Assembly: GCA_025363435.1 (NCBI GenBank)
Contig: JANYDY010000090.1
Coordinates: 24,030-88,029, forward strand
Length of the DNA: 64,000 nt
Direction: 5' to 3'
Source of the DNA: Betaproteobacteria bacterium
GTDB taxonomy: Bacteria > Pseudomonadota > Gammaproteobacteria > Burkholderiales > SG8-41
Positions 1-9,149 of the stretch are shown here, piece by piece. A program made the position numbers and the translations under genes. Below the pieces are notes generated by a model. The model had not been told where the DNA came from, ran no database searches, and saw only the letters and a program-made list of their open reading frames with translations. Numbering within the stretch: position 1 is the stretch's first letter; the number at the start of each line of letters is the position of its first letter.

Positions 1-1
1 G

Positions 2-364
2 CACCGCGATGCATTGACCGTGGTGCGCCAGCAGCTCGAAACCCTGGAAACGCGCCAGGTGGTGTGGCAAGGCACGCTGTGGCCCGGGCAAAACATCGAG
101 TGGCAGGTCGGCGAAGAACCGTCGCAACCGCGCGCGGCGCCGGAAGAACGCACATGGCAATCGCGCCTGCGGCTGACGCTGCCGCGCTTGGGCGGCATCG
201 ACGCCACGCTGTCGGTATCGTCGCAGGGCGTACGCATCAACCTGCGCGCAACATCGGAAGACAGCGCCGCCTTGCTTGAGCATAGCCGGCAGAGCCTGCG
301 CGACGGGCTCGCCAGCGCCGGCGTGCCAACCCTCGGCATAGGAGTGGTTTATGCCGGCGGCTGA
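2..364 (+). CDS. FliK-like flagellar hook-length control protein, C-terminal part (5' end outside window)
   Basis: The frame is open from the window edge; the track start at 14 is an internal TTG. WQSRLRLTLPRLGGIDATLSVSSQGVRINLRATSEDSAALLEHSRQSLRDGLASAG has the FliK C-terminal (Flg_hook-type) pattern. Overlaps the next gene by 14 nt. Confidence 0.6.
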   Translation, partial: HRDALTVVRQQLETLETRQVVWQGTLWPGQNIEWQVGEEPSQPRAAPEERTWQSRLRLTLPRLGGIDATLSVSSQGVRINLRATSEDSAALLEHSRQSLRDGLASAGVPTLGIGVVYAGG

Positions 365-659
365 TCCGCGCCAGACCGCTGTCGCGCTGGCCTACGAAGG
401 CGGCGACGGCGCGCCGCGTATTGCCGCCAAAGGCCGCGGCCTCGTTGCCGAGGCCATTATCGAACGCGCGCGCGAGGCCGGCATTTACGTGCACGAATCG
501 CCGCAACTCGTTGCCCTGTTGATGCAGATCGATCTCGATTCGCAGATACCACAGGAGCTCTACGTCGCGGTTGCCGAAGTGCTGGCGTGGCTATACCGGC
601 TCGAACAGGCCGGCGCAACGGCAACAGCGGATAAAACACAGCAGGCGAAACAAAGCTGA
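351..659 (+). CDS. Stand-alone FlhB C-terminal-domain-like protein (EscU/YscU/HrcU family, YlqH-like)
   Basis: 102 aa. AVALAYEGGDGAPRIAAKGRGLVAEAIIERAREAGIYVHESPQLVALL...IPQELYVAVAEVLAWLY parallels the post-NPTH part of FlhB in this window (YAVALRYDETMRAPRVIAKGADLVAAKIRELGVQHNVPVLEAPALARAIF...IPGQLFTAVAEVLAYVF). It has no TM region and no NPTH. Confidence 0.85.
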   Translation: MPAADPRQTAVALAYEGGDGAPRIAAKGRGLVAEAIIERAREAGIYVHESPQLVALLMQIDLDSQIPQELYVAVAEVLAWLYRLEQAGATATADKTQQAKQS

Positions 660-737
660 AAAAATGCATCTGTTCAGCCGTTCGCATGCACCGCCGCATG
701 GCTAGACTGACTTGAAATTCGCAATGGACGGAGCACC

Positions 738-1514
738 ATGCAGAACCTCGCCACACGCAACGCCGAAGTCGAAACTGCGGAATTGAACAGTGACAACCAG
801 TACACGGTTGCGTCGCGGCTGGAAATCACGCAAATACTTTCCGCGATCATGCGCCAAAGCGCATTGATCACCGCATCTTCCGGCGGCGACAGTTTTTTCC
901 TGACCTCCATCGTCGCCATCGACGAGGAGAACAACGCCCTGCTGATCGAATGCGGGCGCCAGCAACAGCAGGTCGATCTGATCCTGAAAAAGCAGCGCCT
1001 GATGTGCACGACGGCGCTCGACAAGGTCAAAATCCAGTTCATGTGCGAAGGCATCGAAGTGGCCGGCGACGGCCGCGAACCGTGTTTCAGGATGCCACTG
1101 CCGCGTGAAATGCTGCGCTTGCAGCGTCGCGAGCACTTCCGTATGGGCATCCCGCTTTCGACGGGAGTGAAATGCACAATCACAGCGCTTGCTCCGGCGC
1201 AGACGCCCGCGGCCAAATTTGAACTCGCCGTACACGATATCAGTTGCGGCGGTATCGCCGTGATTACGCCGCCTGACCTCTTTACGCCCGAAATGGGCAT
1301 CGAGTACAACGCCTTGATCGCGCTGCCGGGCAACAGCAGCGTGCGCGCGCTGATCCAGGCGCGCAACGCCTTCATGATCACGCTCGCCAACGGCAAGCTG
1401 ACGCAGCGCTCGGGCTTCGCCTTCGTGCGGCCCGCGGAAAGCCTGCTGGCGACGATACAGCGTTACATCATGAATCTCGAACGCATGCGCCGCATGAACA
1501 GCACCGGCCGCTAG
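738..1514 (+). CDS. ycgR: Flagellar brake protein YcgR (YcgR-N + PilZ c-di-GMP binding domain)
   Basis: 258 aa. The PilZ motifs are intact: RRxxxR (LQRREHFR) and DxSxxG (HDISCGGIAV). The N-terminal YcgR-type domain and the flagellar context fit. Confidence 0.85.
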   Translation: MQNLATRNAEVETAELNSDNQYTVASRLEITQILSAIMRQSALITASSGGDSFFLTSIVAIDEENNALLIECGRQQQQVDLILKKQRLMCTTALDKVKIQFMCEGIEVAGDGREPCFRMPLPREMLRLQRREHFRMGIPLSTGVKCTITALAPAQTPAAKFELAVHDISCGGIAVITPPDLFTPEMGIEYNALIALPGNSSVRALIQARNAFMITLANGKLTQRSGFAFVRPAESLLATIQRYIMNLERMRRMNSTGR

Positions 1515-1541
1515 ACCAACAGCGCAGCCGTTTCAAACAAA

Positions 1542-1563
1542 AACGCCGCTGAAAAGCGGCGTT
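1542..1563. terminator. Bidirectional hairpin between convergent ycgR and fliE
   Basis: Perfect 9-bp stem AACGCCGCT / AGCGGCGTT with a GAAA loop, flanked by an A-run upstream and TTTT downstream. Confidence 0.6.
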
Positions 1564-1590
1564 GCATTTTCTTCATCCACAATCCTGCAC

Positions 1591-1923
1591 TCAAATCTGC
1601 ATGTTCATGATGTCGTGGTAGGCCGACACCAGCTTGTTACGCACCTGCACGGTTTGCTGGAAGGAAATGTTGGCTTTTTGAATTGACACCATCACGTCCT
1701 GCAGGCTGCTGTCTGCTGCGCCCAGCTCGAAGTCGCGCGATTTCTGTGTGGCCGCCTGCTGCATGCCGTTGACGTGATCGAGCGAGGCCTTGAGCATGTT
1801 GGCGAAATCCGTACCCTTCGCACCCGCCGCTGCAGCGTTGCCTGTTCTGGCGGCGCTGCCGCCGGCCAGAGCAGCAGCGGTGCGCAATTGTCCGAGTATC
1901 TGGTCAAGTCCTCTGGTTTCCAT
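1591..1923 (-). CDS. fliE: Flagellar hook-basal body complex protein FliE
   Basis: 110 aa. The C-terminus VMVSIQKANISFQQTVQVRNKLVSAYHDIMNMQI is the conserved FliE signature. Divergent from fliF. Confidence 0.95.
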   Translation of the reverse strand: METRGLDQILGQLRTAAALAGGSAARTGNAAAAGAKGTDFANMLKASLDHVNGMQQAATQKSRDFELGAADSSLQDVMVSIQKANISFQQTVQVRNKLVSAYHDIMNMQI

Positions 1924-2126
1924 GTCGTTTGCCTTCCATCAATCGCCGATGACGATGCACGCAGAGTATCAGCGGAGGCCGCTGCAATGCCGCGCAAATA
2001 GACGGGGATTTGCCGCCCTTTTTGCGGCTTAACGCCGCCGCCGTAATCGCATAATCGCTGCACAGACCGGCAAGCCGGGGACGCGCACCGCGCGCACCGC
2101 GCCAACGGATTATGCGGAGCAGAACA

Positions 2127-3746
2127 ATGGCGGAAGCACCAGCACACACATTACCGGCGCCGGCCTCACGCGGCTGGCCGGTCATTGCGCCACAACACAT
2201 CGGCCTGATGTTCTCGGCCGCGACCATGATTGCGATTCTGGTCGCCGGCTACCTGTGGAGCCAAGCCCCTGATTACCGCGTTCTCTACGGCAATCTGGCC
2301 GACCGCGACGGCGGCTCGGTGGTCACCGCCCTGCAGCAAATGAACATTCCTTACAAATTCGCCGATGGCGGCGCCCTGATGGTGCCGTCCGCACAGATAC
2401 ACGAAACGCGTTTGCGTCTGGCCGCGCAGGGCCTGCCGAAAGCCGGCCCGCTCGGGTTCGAATTGATGGAGACGCAGAAATTCGGCGTCAGCCAGTTTGC
2501 CGAACAAATCAATTACCAGCGCGCGCTTGAAGGCGAGCTGGCGCGCACCATACAAACACTGGCCTCAGTGCAAGCCGCGCGTGTGCATCTCGCGCTGTCG
2601 AAACCCTCGGCCTTCATGCGCGAGCAGCCCAAAGCCAGCGCCTCGGTGCTGCTCAATCTCGCGCCGGGACGCACGCTCGACAGCACCCAGGTCAGCGCGG
2701 TGATCCATCTGGTCTCGAACAGCGTGCCCGAACTAAATGCAAAAAACGTCAGCATCGTCGATCAGAACGGCAACCTGCTCTCCACCAACGGCGACAACAA
2801 CGGCCGCCCCTCGCTTGACCCGAACCAGCTCAAGTACCGCCAGAGTCTTGAGCAGAATTACATCGCGCGCGTCGAATCGATACTCGCACCGTTGATCGGC
2901 AGCGCCAATGTGCGCGCCCAGGTTACGGCCGAACTCGATTTCACCGAATCCGAGCACGCCGAAGAAATCCACAAACCGAATCAGGATACCGCCGCAGCGG
3001 TGATCCGCAGCCAGCAGCTGAGTGAATCGAGTTCTGCGCGCGGCAGCGCCTCAGGCGGTGTGCCCGGTGCGCTGAGCAATCAGCCGCCCGCCAACGCGAC
3101 AGCAGCGGTCACTGCACCGGCCGCGGCCGGCGCGACGGCTGCCGCAGTAACGCCGGCCGATACGCGCAAGGACTCGACCGTCAATTACGAAGTCGACAAG
3201 ACGATACGGCATACACGCCAGGAACTCGGTCGCATCAAACGGCTGTCGGTCGCCGTGGTGGTCAATCACCGGAAGACGACCAGCAAATCGGGCAAGGTCA
3301 ACTATACACCGCTGGCGGAAGCCGAAATCACGCAGATCACCAATCTGGTCAAGGAAGTGATGGCTTTTGACAAGGAACGCGGCGACACGGTGAGTGTGGC
3401 GAACAGTGCGTTCAATATTCCCGACAAGGAAGTGCTGCCTGAAGTGCCGCTGTGGAAACAGCCGGACGTGATCGAATCGGCCAAGATGATCGGCAAGAAT
3501 CTGCTGATCGCCACCATCCTGCTGTTTCTGGTACTGCGCGTAATGCGCCCGATGCTGAAATCATTTGCCAATGCAGTCAGCGCGCCGCCGCAGCAGCGGC
3601 TGGTGCAGGAAACCGGCGAAAGCGGCAGCGCGCCGCAACTCGAAAGTTTCGAGCAGAACGTGGACCGCGCCAAAAAAATCGCGCGTGACGATCCCAAAGC
3701 GGTAGCCAACGTCGTCAAGGAATGGGTCGGCGGCAATGGAAAATGA
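2127..3746 (+). CDS. fliF: Flagellar M-ring protein FliF
   Basis: YscJ/FliF core (YRVLYGNLADRDGGSVVTALQQMNIPYKF), N- and C-terminal TM segments. The ATG at 2127 has GGAG 7 nt upstream; the track ORF starts at 2112. Confidence 0.95.
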   Translation: MAEAPAHTLPAPASRGWPVIAPQHIGLMFSAATMIAILVAGYLWSQAPDYRVLYGNLADRDGGSVVTALQQMNIPYKFADGGALMVPSAQIHETRLRLAAQGLPKAGPLGFELMETQKFGVSQFAEQINYQRALEGELARTIQTLASVQAARVHLALSKPSAFMREQPKASASVLLNLAPGRTLDSTQVSAVIHLVSNSVPELNAKNVSIVDQNGNLLSTNGDNNGRPSLDPNQLKYRQSLEQNYIARVESILAPLIGSANVRAQVTAELDFTESEHAEEIHKPNQDTAAAVIRSQQLSESSSARGSASGGVPGALSNQPPANATAAVTAPAAAGATAAAVTPADTRKDSTVNYEVDKTIRHTRQELGRIKRLSVAVVVNHRKTTSKSGKVNYTPLAEAEITQITNLVKEVMAFDKERGDTVSVANSAFNIPDKEVLPEVPLWKQPDVIESAKMIGKNLLIATILLFLVLRVMRPMLKSFANAVSAPPQQRLVQETGESGSAPQLESFEQNVDRAKKIARDDPKAVANVVKEWVGGNGK

Positions 3747-4731
3747 GGGCATAACCAGGAGCGCCATCCTGCTGATGTCGCTCGGTGAAGACGAAGCGGC
3801 CGAGGTGTTCAAGCATCTGGGCCCGCGCGACGTGCAGAAAATCAGTGCCGCGATGACGGCGCTAAAAGGTGTAACGCGCGACAACGTCAAGTCGGTGATC
3901 AGTGATTTTTGCGAGCAGGCCGGCGACGGCGGCAATCTCGGCGCAGCGTCGAGCGACTTCATCAAGAACGTGCTTAAAAAAGCGCTGGGCGATGACAGGT
4001 CGGCGGCGCTGAACGATTGTATCGTGCAGGGCGGCGATACGAGCGGGATCGAAGGCCTTAAGTGGATGGACGGCGAAGCAGTGGCCGAACTGATCAGGAA
4101 CGAACATCCGCAGATTATTGCCACTATCCTCGTCCATCTGGAACGCGACCAGGCGTCGGAAGTCCTCACCAAACTAGCCGAGCGCACGCGCAATGATGTG
4201 TTGCTGCGCATCGCGACACTCGATGGCATCCAGCCCGCCGCGCTGAAAGAACTCAACGACGTATTGACTACGCTGCTGTCGGGCAGCAAGAATCTCAAAC
4301 GCGCCGCCATGGGCGGCGTGCGCGCCGCCGCAGAAATTCTCAACTTCATGCCGGGTGCGGCGGAAACCGCGATCATTGAAAACGTCAAGACCTTCGACGC
4401 CGATCTGGCGCAGAAGATCGTCGACGAAATGTTCGTCTGGGAAAACCTGCTGACACTCGACGACCGTTCGATCCAGGTCATGCTGAAGGAAATCCAGTCG
4501 GAATCGCTGATACTGGCGCTAAAGGGTTCGTCGCAGGAATTGCGCGACAAGGTTTTCGGCAACATGTCGCAGCGTGCCGCCGAAATGCTGCGCGAGGACC
4601 TCGAGGCCAAAGGCATGGTGCGCGTATCGGATGTCGAAACACAGCAGAAGGAAATTCTCAAACTCGTGCGCAAACTCGCCGACGACGGCCAGATCGTGAT
4701 GGCCGGCGCAGGGGACGACGCCTTTGTCTAA
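3736..4731 (+). CDS. fliG: Flagellar motor switch protein FliG
   Basis: 331 aa with typical FliG segments: ILLMSLGEDEAAEVFKHL, EHPQIIATILVHL, MSQRAAEMLREDLEAKG. Confidence 0.97.
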   Translation: MENEGITRSAILLMSLGEDEAAEVFKHLGPRDVQKISAAMTALKGVTRDNVKSVISDFCEQAGDGGNLGAASSDFIKNVLKKALGDDRSAALNDCIVQGGDTSGIEGLKWMDGEAVAELIRNEHPQIIATILVHLERDQASEVLTKLAERTRNDVLLRIATLDGIQPAALKELNDVLTTLLSGSKNLKRAAMGGVRAAAEILNFMPGAAETAIIENVKTFDADLAQKIVDEMFVWENLLTLDDRSIQVMLKEIQSESLILALKGSSQELRDKVFGNMSQRAAEMLREDLEAKGMVRVSDVETQQKEILKLVRKLADDGQIVMAGAGDDAFV

Positions 4732-5356
4732 CAGCCCGGTCATCCCGAAAGAAAAGCTCACCGCCTATCAGCGCTGGGAGCTGCACACCTTCGAACAGCC
4801 CAAGGGTCAGGCGCAGCACCACGCGCATGCGCGCGGCGCGGCGGACGACGAAGCGGCGAGAATCCGCAACGTGCACCAGCTGGCCTACGAATCGGGCCGC
4901 GCCGACGGTTTGCGTGAAGCTGCCGCCAAAACCAGCGTCGAAGCGCAGCATTTCGCAGCGCTGACTGCAAGCGTGCGCGGACAGAGCACCGAAATGAATC
5001 ATGTACTCACCGATGAAATTCTCGGTGTTGCGCTGGCCGTCGCCCAGCAGATGACGCGCCGCGTGCTGGCAGCGAACGCCGACGCCGTCATCGCCGTCAT
5101 CCAGGAAGCGCTGTCACGTGTTTTGCAACCGGCGGCGCAAGCCACCATGACGCTGCATCCGGCAGATGCCGCACTGGTGCAGGCGCAACTCGGCGAAACG
5201 CTCGCCGCCGGCAACTGGCGCGTGGTTGAAGACCCCAACATCACGCGCGGCGGCTGCATGCTGCACACGCTGGCGAGCGAGCTCGACGCCACTGTTGAGA
5301 CGCGCTGGCGCCGCATTTCCGCCGCCATCGGACAGGACACGCCATGGCTGAAATAG
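4724..5356 (+). CDS. fliH: Flagellar assembly protein FliH
   Basis: 210 aa between fliG and fliI. The TTG start overlaps the fliG stop. Called on position plus a FliH-like C-terminal region. Confidence 0.85.
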   Translation: MSNSPVIPKEKLTAYQRWELHTFEQPKGQAQHHAHARGAADDEAARIRNVHQLAYESGRADGLREAAAKTSVEAQHFAALTASVRGQSTEMNHVLTDEILGVALAVAQQMTRRVLAANADAVIAVIQEALSRVLQPAAQATMTLHPADAALVQAQLGETLAAGNWRVVEDPNITRGGCMLHTLASELDATVETRWRRISAAIGQDTPWLK

Positions 5357-6774
5357 CCGACACCAATAATGCCCGCGCGCAGGCCACCGCGTTTTTGCGC
5401 AACTGCCGCGATATCATCGGCGCCACCGATCCATTAATGCTGGCGGGCAAACTTACACGCGTCACCGGGCTGGTGCTCGAAGCCTCGGGGCTGCGCCTCG
5501 CTGTCGGCAACTGCTGCCGCGTGCTGCTGCCGCACGGCAAAAGCGTCGAGGCCGAAGTCGTCGGTTTTTCCGAAGACCGCCTGTTCCTGATGCCGATCAA
5601 TGATGTTCACGGCGTCACACCCGGCGCGCTGGTGGTGCCGATCGAACAGCAGGCGGAGCGCCTGCGTATCGGCGCGCCGCTGCATCCGCGGCGCCGCGTT
5701 GCCGATCAGGCCAAACACGTGCCGGTCGGCGATGCGTTGCTCGGCCGCGTGCTCGACAGCGCCGGCAATCCGCTCGATCAACTCGGGCCGCTCAACTGCA
5801 ATCACAGCGTTTCACTGCACAACCGGCCGCTGAACCCGCTCGATCGCGCGCCGATCAGCCAGGTGCTCGACGTCGGCGTGCGCGCGATTAACGGTCTCCT
5901 GACCGTCGGCCGCGGCCAACGCATGGGGTTGTTTGCCGGCAGCGGCATCGGCAAGAGCGTACTGCTCGGCATGATGGCGCGCTACACCGCCGCCGATGTC
6001 ATCGTCGTCGGCCTCATCGGTGAACGCGGTCGCGAGGTCAAGGAATTCATCGAGAACATTCTCGGCGCCGCAGGGCTCGCGCGCGCCGTGGTGGTAGCTG
6101 CCCCCGCCGACACCAGCCCACTGATGCGCCTGCAGGGTGCCTCGTACGCAACCGCAATCGCCGAACATTTTCGCGATCAGGGCAAACATGTGCTGCTGAT
6201 CATGGATTCGCTGACGCGTTTTGCCATGGCGCAGCGTGAAATCGCGCTCGCCATCGGCGAGCCGCCGGTAACCAGAGGTTATCCGCCGTCGGTATTCGCC
6301 AGGCTGCCGCAACTTGTCGAGCGCGCCGGCAACGGCGCTGAAGGCGGCGGCTCGATCACCGGTTTTTACACGGTGCTGGCTGAGGGCGACGATCAGCAGG
6401 ACCCGATCGCCGACTGCGCGCGCGCCATACTCGACGGCCACATCGTGCTCTCGCGTACGCTCGCCGACCAGGGCCATTATCCGGCGATCGACATCGAAGC
6501 CTCGATCAGCCGCGCCATGACCAGCCTGATCGAGTCGAACCAGTTTGAAGCAGTGCGCCGTTTCCGCCAGCTCTATTCGCGTTATCAGCGCAACCGCGAT
6601 CTGATCAGCGTCGGCGCCTACGCCGCCGGCAGCGATCCGCTGCTCGACGAGGCGCTGGCGCGCTATCCGCAGATGGAAATTTTTTTGCAGCAGAACATGG
6701 CGGAACGGGCCGGCTACCAGGACAGCGTATCCGGTCTGCGCGTTTTTGCCGCCAGAACACCGGTCGCCGCCTGA
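5344..6774 (+). CDS. fliI: Flagellum-specific ATPase FliI
   Basis: 476 aa. Walker A GSGIGKS, Walker [15 protein letters not shown]3SS/F1 ATPase family. Confidence 0.97.
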   Translation: MAEIADTNNARAQATAFLRNCRDIIGATDPLMLAGKLTRVTGLVLEASGLRLAVGNCCRVLLPHGKSVEAEVVGFSEDRLFLMPINDVHGVTPGALVVPIEQQAERLRIGAPLHPRRRVADQAKHVPVGDALLGRVLDSAGNPLDQLGPLNCNHSVSLHNRPLNPLDRAPISQVLDVGVRAINGLLTVGRGQRMGLFAGSGIGKSVLLGMMARYTAADVIVVGLIGERGREVKEFIENILGAAGLARAVVVAAPADTSPLMRLQGASYATAIAEHFRDQGKHVLLIMDSLTRFAMAQREIALAIGEPPVTRGYPPSVFARLPQLVERAGNGAEGGGSITGFYTVLAEGDDQQDPIADCARAILDGHIVLSRTLADQGHYPAIDIEASISRAMTSLIESNQFEAVRRFRQLYSRYQRNRDLISVGAYAAGSDPLLDEALARYPQMEIFLQQNMAERAGYQDSVSGLRVFAARTPVAA

Positions 6775-6807
6775 CGGCTTTTTCATAGAGGCAGAAAGAG
6801 ATAAGCG

Positions 6808-7254
6808 ATGGCACAAAAACAGTTTGCACTCGAACGCATACAGGAAATCGCCGATCACCAGTCTGATGCGGCGGCGGTGAAACTCGCCGACCTCAACCGC
6901 GAACTGCACGAGCAGGAGGCGCGCCTCATGCTGCTGTTCAAGTACCGCAGCGAATATAACGAACGCCTGCAGCGCGCCGCCAGCGACGGCCTCGACGGCG
7001 CGGCGATGCGCAACTATCACGATTTTCTGCAACGCCTCGAGAGCGCCATCATGCAACAGCATGCGCGCGTGGTCGAAGCGCGCACGCACGCCGAACACGG
7101 CCTTATTGAGTGGCAGAACAGCCGGCGCAAATCGATGACCTTCGACACGCTGTCGCGGCGTTTCGAATTGAAAGAGCTGCGCGACGAGGCAATGCGCGAA
7201 CAGAAATCGCAGGACGAGATGGCATCGCATCGCCACGCCAAAGCGGCGCGTTGA
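6808..7254 (+). CDS. fliJ: Flagellar export chaperone FliJ
   Basis: 148-aa coiled-coil-type protein directly after fliI, with FliJ position and composition. Confidence 0.85.
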   Translation: MAQKQFALERIQEIADHQSDAAAVKLADLNRELHEQEARLMLLFKYRSEYNERLQRAASDGLDGAAMRNYHDFLQRLESAIMQQHARVVEARTHAEHGLIEWQNSRRKSMTFDTLSRRFELKELRDEAMREQKSQDEMASHRHAKAAR

Positions 7255-7293
7255 ATCCCCCCTCACTACACCAGACTGCAAGACGGAGAAATT

Positions 7294-8361
7294 ATGGACG
7301 CTCTACCCGTGCAAAACGCAATCGCACCCGCACCGCCCGTGAACGCGGCTGGCGGCACTGCCGCAACGGATGACAGCGCGGCAGGCGATGCCGGCGCCGG
7401 CGCGCCGCAGCACTTCAGCGCCCTGCTCGCGTTGCAACTCGGCGGCGCCGCGCAAACGACGGCCAAACCGGCAGGTGAAGATGCCGCGGACAGCGACGAC
7501 AACACCGCCACCGATACAGCCGCACTGGTCGCGGTCGATGCCTTGGCCGGTTTGAACCTGCCGGCGCTGCTGCCGATTTCGCCGGCGGCAACAGTGCCGT
7601 CGCCGGCGGTGCGTGGCGGGGCCGCCGCGAAAGCGGAGACTGCGCCCGGCGAACGCGCCGCGGCGATGACAGCAACAGCGGGTCGGAACCTGTTGCCGCG
7701 CGCTGCCGCCGACGCACCGGCGACCACAACGCAGGGCCCTGCAAACATTGCTGCTGCGCGCAGCGAAACAGCGCAGCCGTTGCGCGACGCGGCGGCACAA
7801 CAAACCGCCGCCGGCACACACAGCAGCGAGCAAACCACGCACGCCGCCGATACGCCGGCGCCAGCGGCACCGCCTGCAGTACTGGCGCAAATCGAGACGA
7901 CCGCCGCACCGGCCGCGGCGGCCCCCGTGCAGGCTGCGCTTGAAGCGCGCGTCGGCACGCCGGACTGGAACACCGAGCTCGGGCAGAAAATTGTCTGGAT
8001 GATCGGCGACAGGCAGCAGAGCGCCGAAATGCGCGTCAATCCGCCGGAACTCGGGCCGCTCGATATCAAACTCACCATTGACGGCGCACAAACCACCGCG
8101 GTATTCACTTCACCGCACAGCGCGGTGCGCGACGCCGTTGAATCCGCACTGCCGCGCCTGCGTGAAGTGCTCGCCGACAGCGGCATCATGCTGGGCAATG
8201 CCAGCGTCACCGCCGACACGCCGCGCGACAGCCAGGCCTTTGCCCGGCAGCCGCATCAGGGCACGCGCTCGACCGAACGCCTGACCGCCGACACCGGCGC
8301 GCCGGCCGCGCTGCCGCGCATGGTCAGCACTACGCGCGGTCTGGTCGATCTCTTCGCCTGA
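7294..8361 (+). CDS. fliK: Flagellar hook-length control protein FliK
   Basis: 355 aa with an Ala/Pro-rich N-terminal part. The C-terminal MRVNPPELGPLDIKLTIDGAQTTAVFTSPHSAVRDAVESALPRLREVLADSGIMLG is the FliK hook-length domain. Confidence 0.85.
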   Translation: MDALPVQNAIAPAPPVNAAGGTAATDDSAAGDAGAGAPQHFSALLALQLGGAAQTTAKPAGEDAADSDDNTATDTAALVAVDALAGLNLPALLPISPAATVPSPAVRGGAAAKAETAPGERAAAMTATAGRNLLPRAAADAPATTTQGPANIAAARSETAQPLRDAAAQQTAAGTHSSEQTTHAADTPAPAAPPAVLAQIETTAAPAAAAPVQAALEARVGTPDWNTELGQKIVWMIGDRQQSAEMRVNPPELGPLDIKLTIDGAQTTAVFTSPHSAVRDAVESALPRLREVLADSGIMLGNASVTADTPRDSQAFARQPHQGTRSTERLTADTGAPAALPRMVSTTRGLVDLFA

Positions 8362-8482
8362 GCGCACGAAACCGGATAAAGCGGGCAATTAGCGGTCTAT
8401 TCAGTCAATTGGCCTGCCTGGGCGCCCGCGATAATTCATTGCAGGCTCCAGTCAATTCACCACCGACCGACAAGGAAAAACC

Positions 8483-9142
8483 ATGGCAGTCAGCGCCGTC
8501 AAATCGGAACCCGCACCGGCCGAGGCCGCGCCGCACCCCTCCGGCAAAAAAGGTCTGCTCAAACTCGTACTGATGGCTGTGATCGGCATCGCTGCCGCGG
8601 GCGGCGGCGCCTGGTGGTATATAGGACACAAAGGCGGCGAGACCACGCAGGAAGCCAAGCACGAGCCGGCCAAACCGCCGGTGTTCTATCCGCTGGAAAC
8701 CTTTACGGTCAATCTGGTGCTGGTCGATAACCCGCAGTTTCTGCAAACCGGCATTACGCTCAAGGTCGCCGACAACGCAGTGGTCGAAGCCCTCAAGCTG
8801 CATACGCCGGTGGTGCGCGACAGCATACTGATGCTGATGTCGAGCCGCAAAGCAGCCGATCTGCTGACGATTGAAGGCAAACGCCAGCTCGGTGAAGACA
8901 TCGTCGCCAGCATGAACCTGATTCTCGGCGCCGGCGAAGCCGCCGCCAAACCGGCGGCGAAAACGGCCGATGCCGGGGCCGCCGATGCAAAAGGCGCCGA
9001 TGCAAAGAGCGCGGATGCAAAGGCCGCCGAGGAAGAAGAGGACGAAAAGGACGCCGCCGCCAAGGACGCGAAGGGCGGCAAAGCCGCCGGCGCCGAACGC
9101 CCGGTCCAGGCAGTGCTGTTCACCACTTTCATCATTCAGTGA
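8483..9142 (+). CDS. fliL: Flagellar basal body-associated protein FliL (with low-complexity insertion)
   Basis: 219 aa. Single TM (LLKLVLMAVIGIAAAGGGAWWY) and FliL core (FYPLETFTVNL...LQTGITLKV...VRDSILMLMSS). Ends VQAVLFTTFIIQ. Confidence 0.85.
   Translation: MAVSAVKSEPAPAEAAPHPSGKKGLLKLVLMAVIGIAAAGGGAWWYIGHKGGETTQEAKHEPAKPPVFYPLETFTVNLVLVDNPQFLQTGITLKVADNAVVEALKLHTPVVRDSILMLMSSRKAADLLTIEGKRQLGEDIVASMNLILGAGEAAAKPAAKTADAGAADAKGADAKSADAKAAEEEEDEKDAAAKDAKGGKAAGAERPVQAVLFTTFIIQ
8966..9025 (+). repeat. In-frame imperfect 15-bp tandem repeat (4 units) inside fliL
   Basis: Units gccgatgccggggcc / gccgatgcaaaaggc / gccgatgcaaagagc / gcggatgcaaaggcc, encoding ADAGA-ADAKG-ADAKS-ADAKA. Confidence 0.75.
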
Positions 9143-9149
9143 TGCCGCG

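Noticed and set aside
1986-2004. AATGCCGCGCAAATAGACG in the fliE/fliF divergent region, resembling the E. coli FlhD4C2 half-site AA(C/T)G(C/G)N2-3AAATA(A/G)CG
   Set aside because: The internal spacing is 5 rather than 2-3 nt, the AAATAGACG core has an extra base, and I found no inverted partner 10-12 bp away. It cannot be supported without a lineage-specific motif.
5812-7281. 489-aa ORF on the minus strand
   Set aside because: It is entirely antisense to fliI/fliJ. The Arg/Ala/His/Gly-rich composition is typical of shadow ORFs in high-GC DNA, and it has no recognisable motif.
7266-8219. 317-aa minus-strand ORF (and other frames) across fliK
   Set aside because: The Ala-rich fliK sequence leaves all frames open. 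Only the plus frame ends in the FliK C-terminal domain and fits the fliJ-fliK-fliL order.
8427-8434. CGCGATAA (6/8 to the sigma-28 -10 GCCGATAA) upstream of fliL
   Set aside because: There is no TAAAG-like -35 at the required distance.
8970-9149. N-terminal extension of the fliM ORF (track start 8970)
   Set aside because: The extension overlaps fliL in another frame and is Pro/Arg-rich. The conserved FliM N-terminus MSKDFLSQEEVDDLL starts at 9150.
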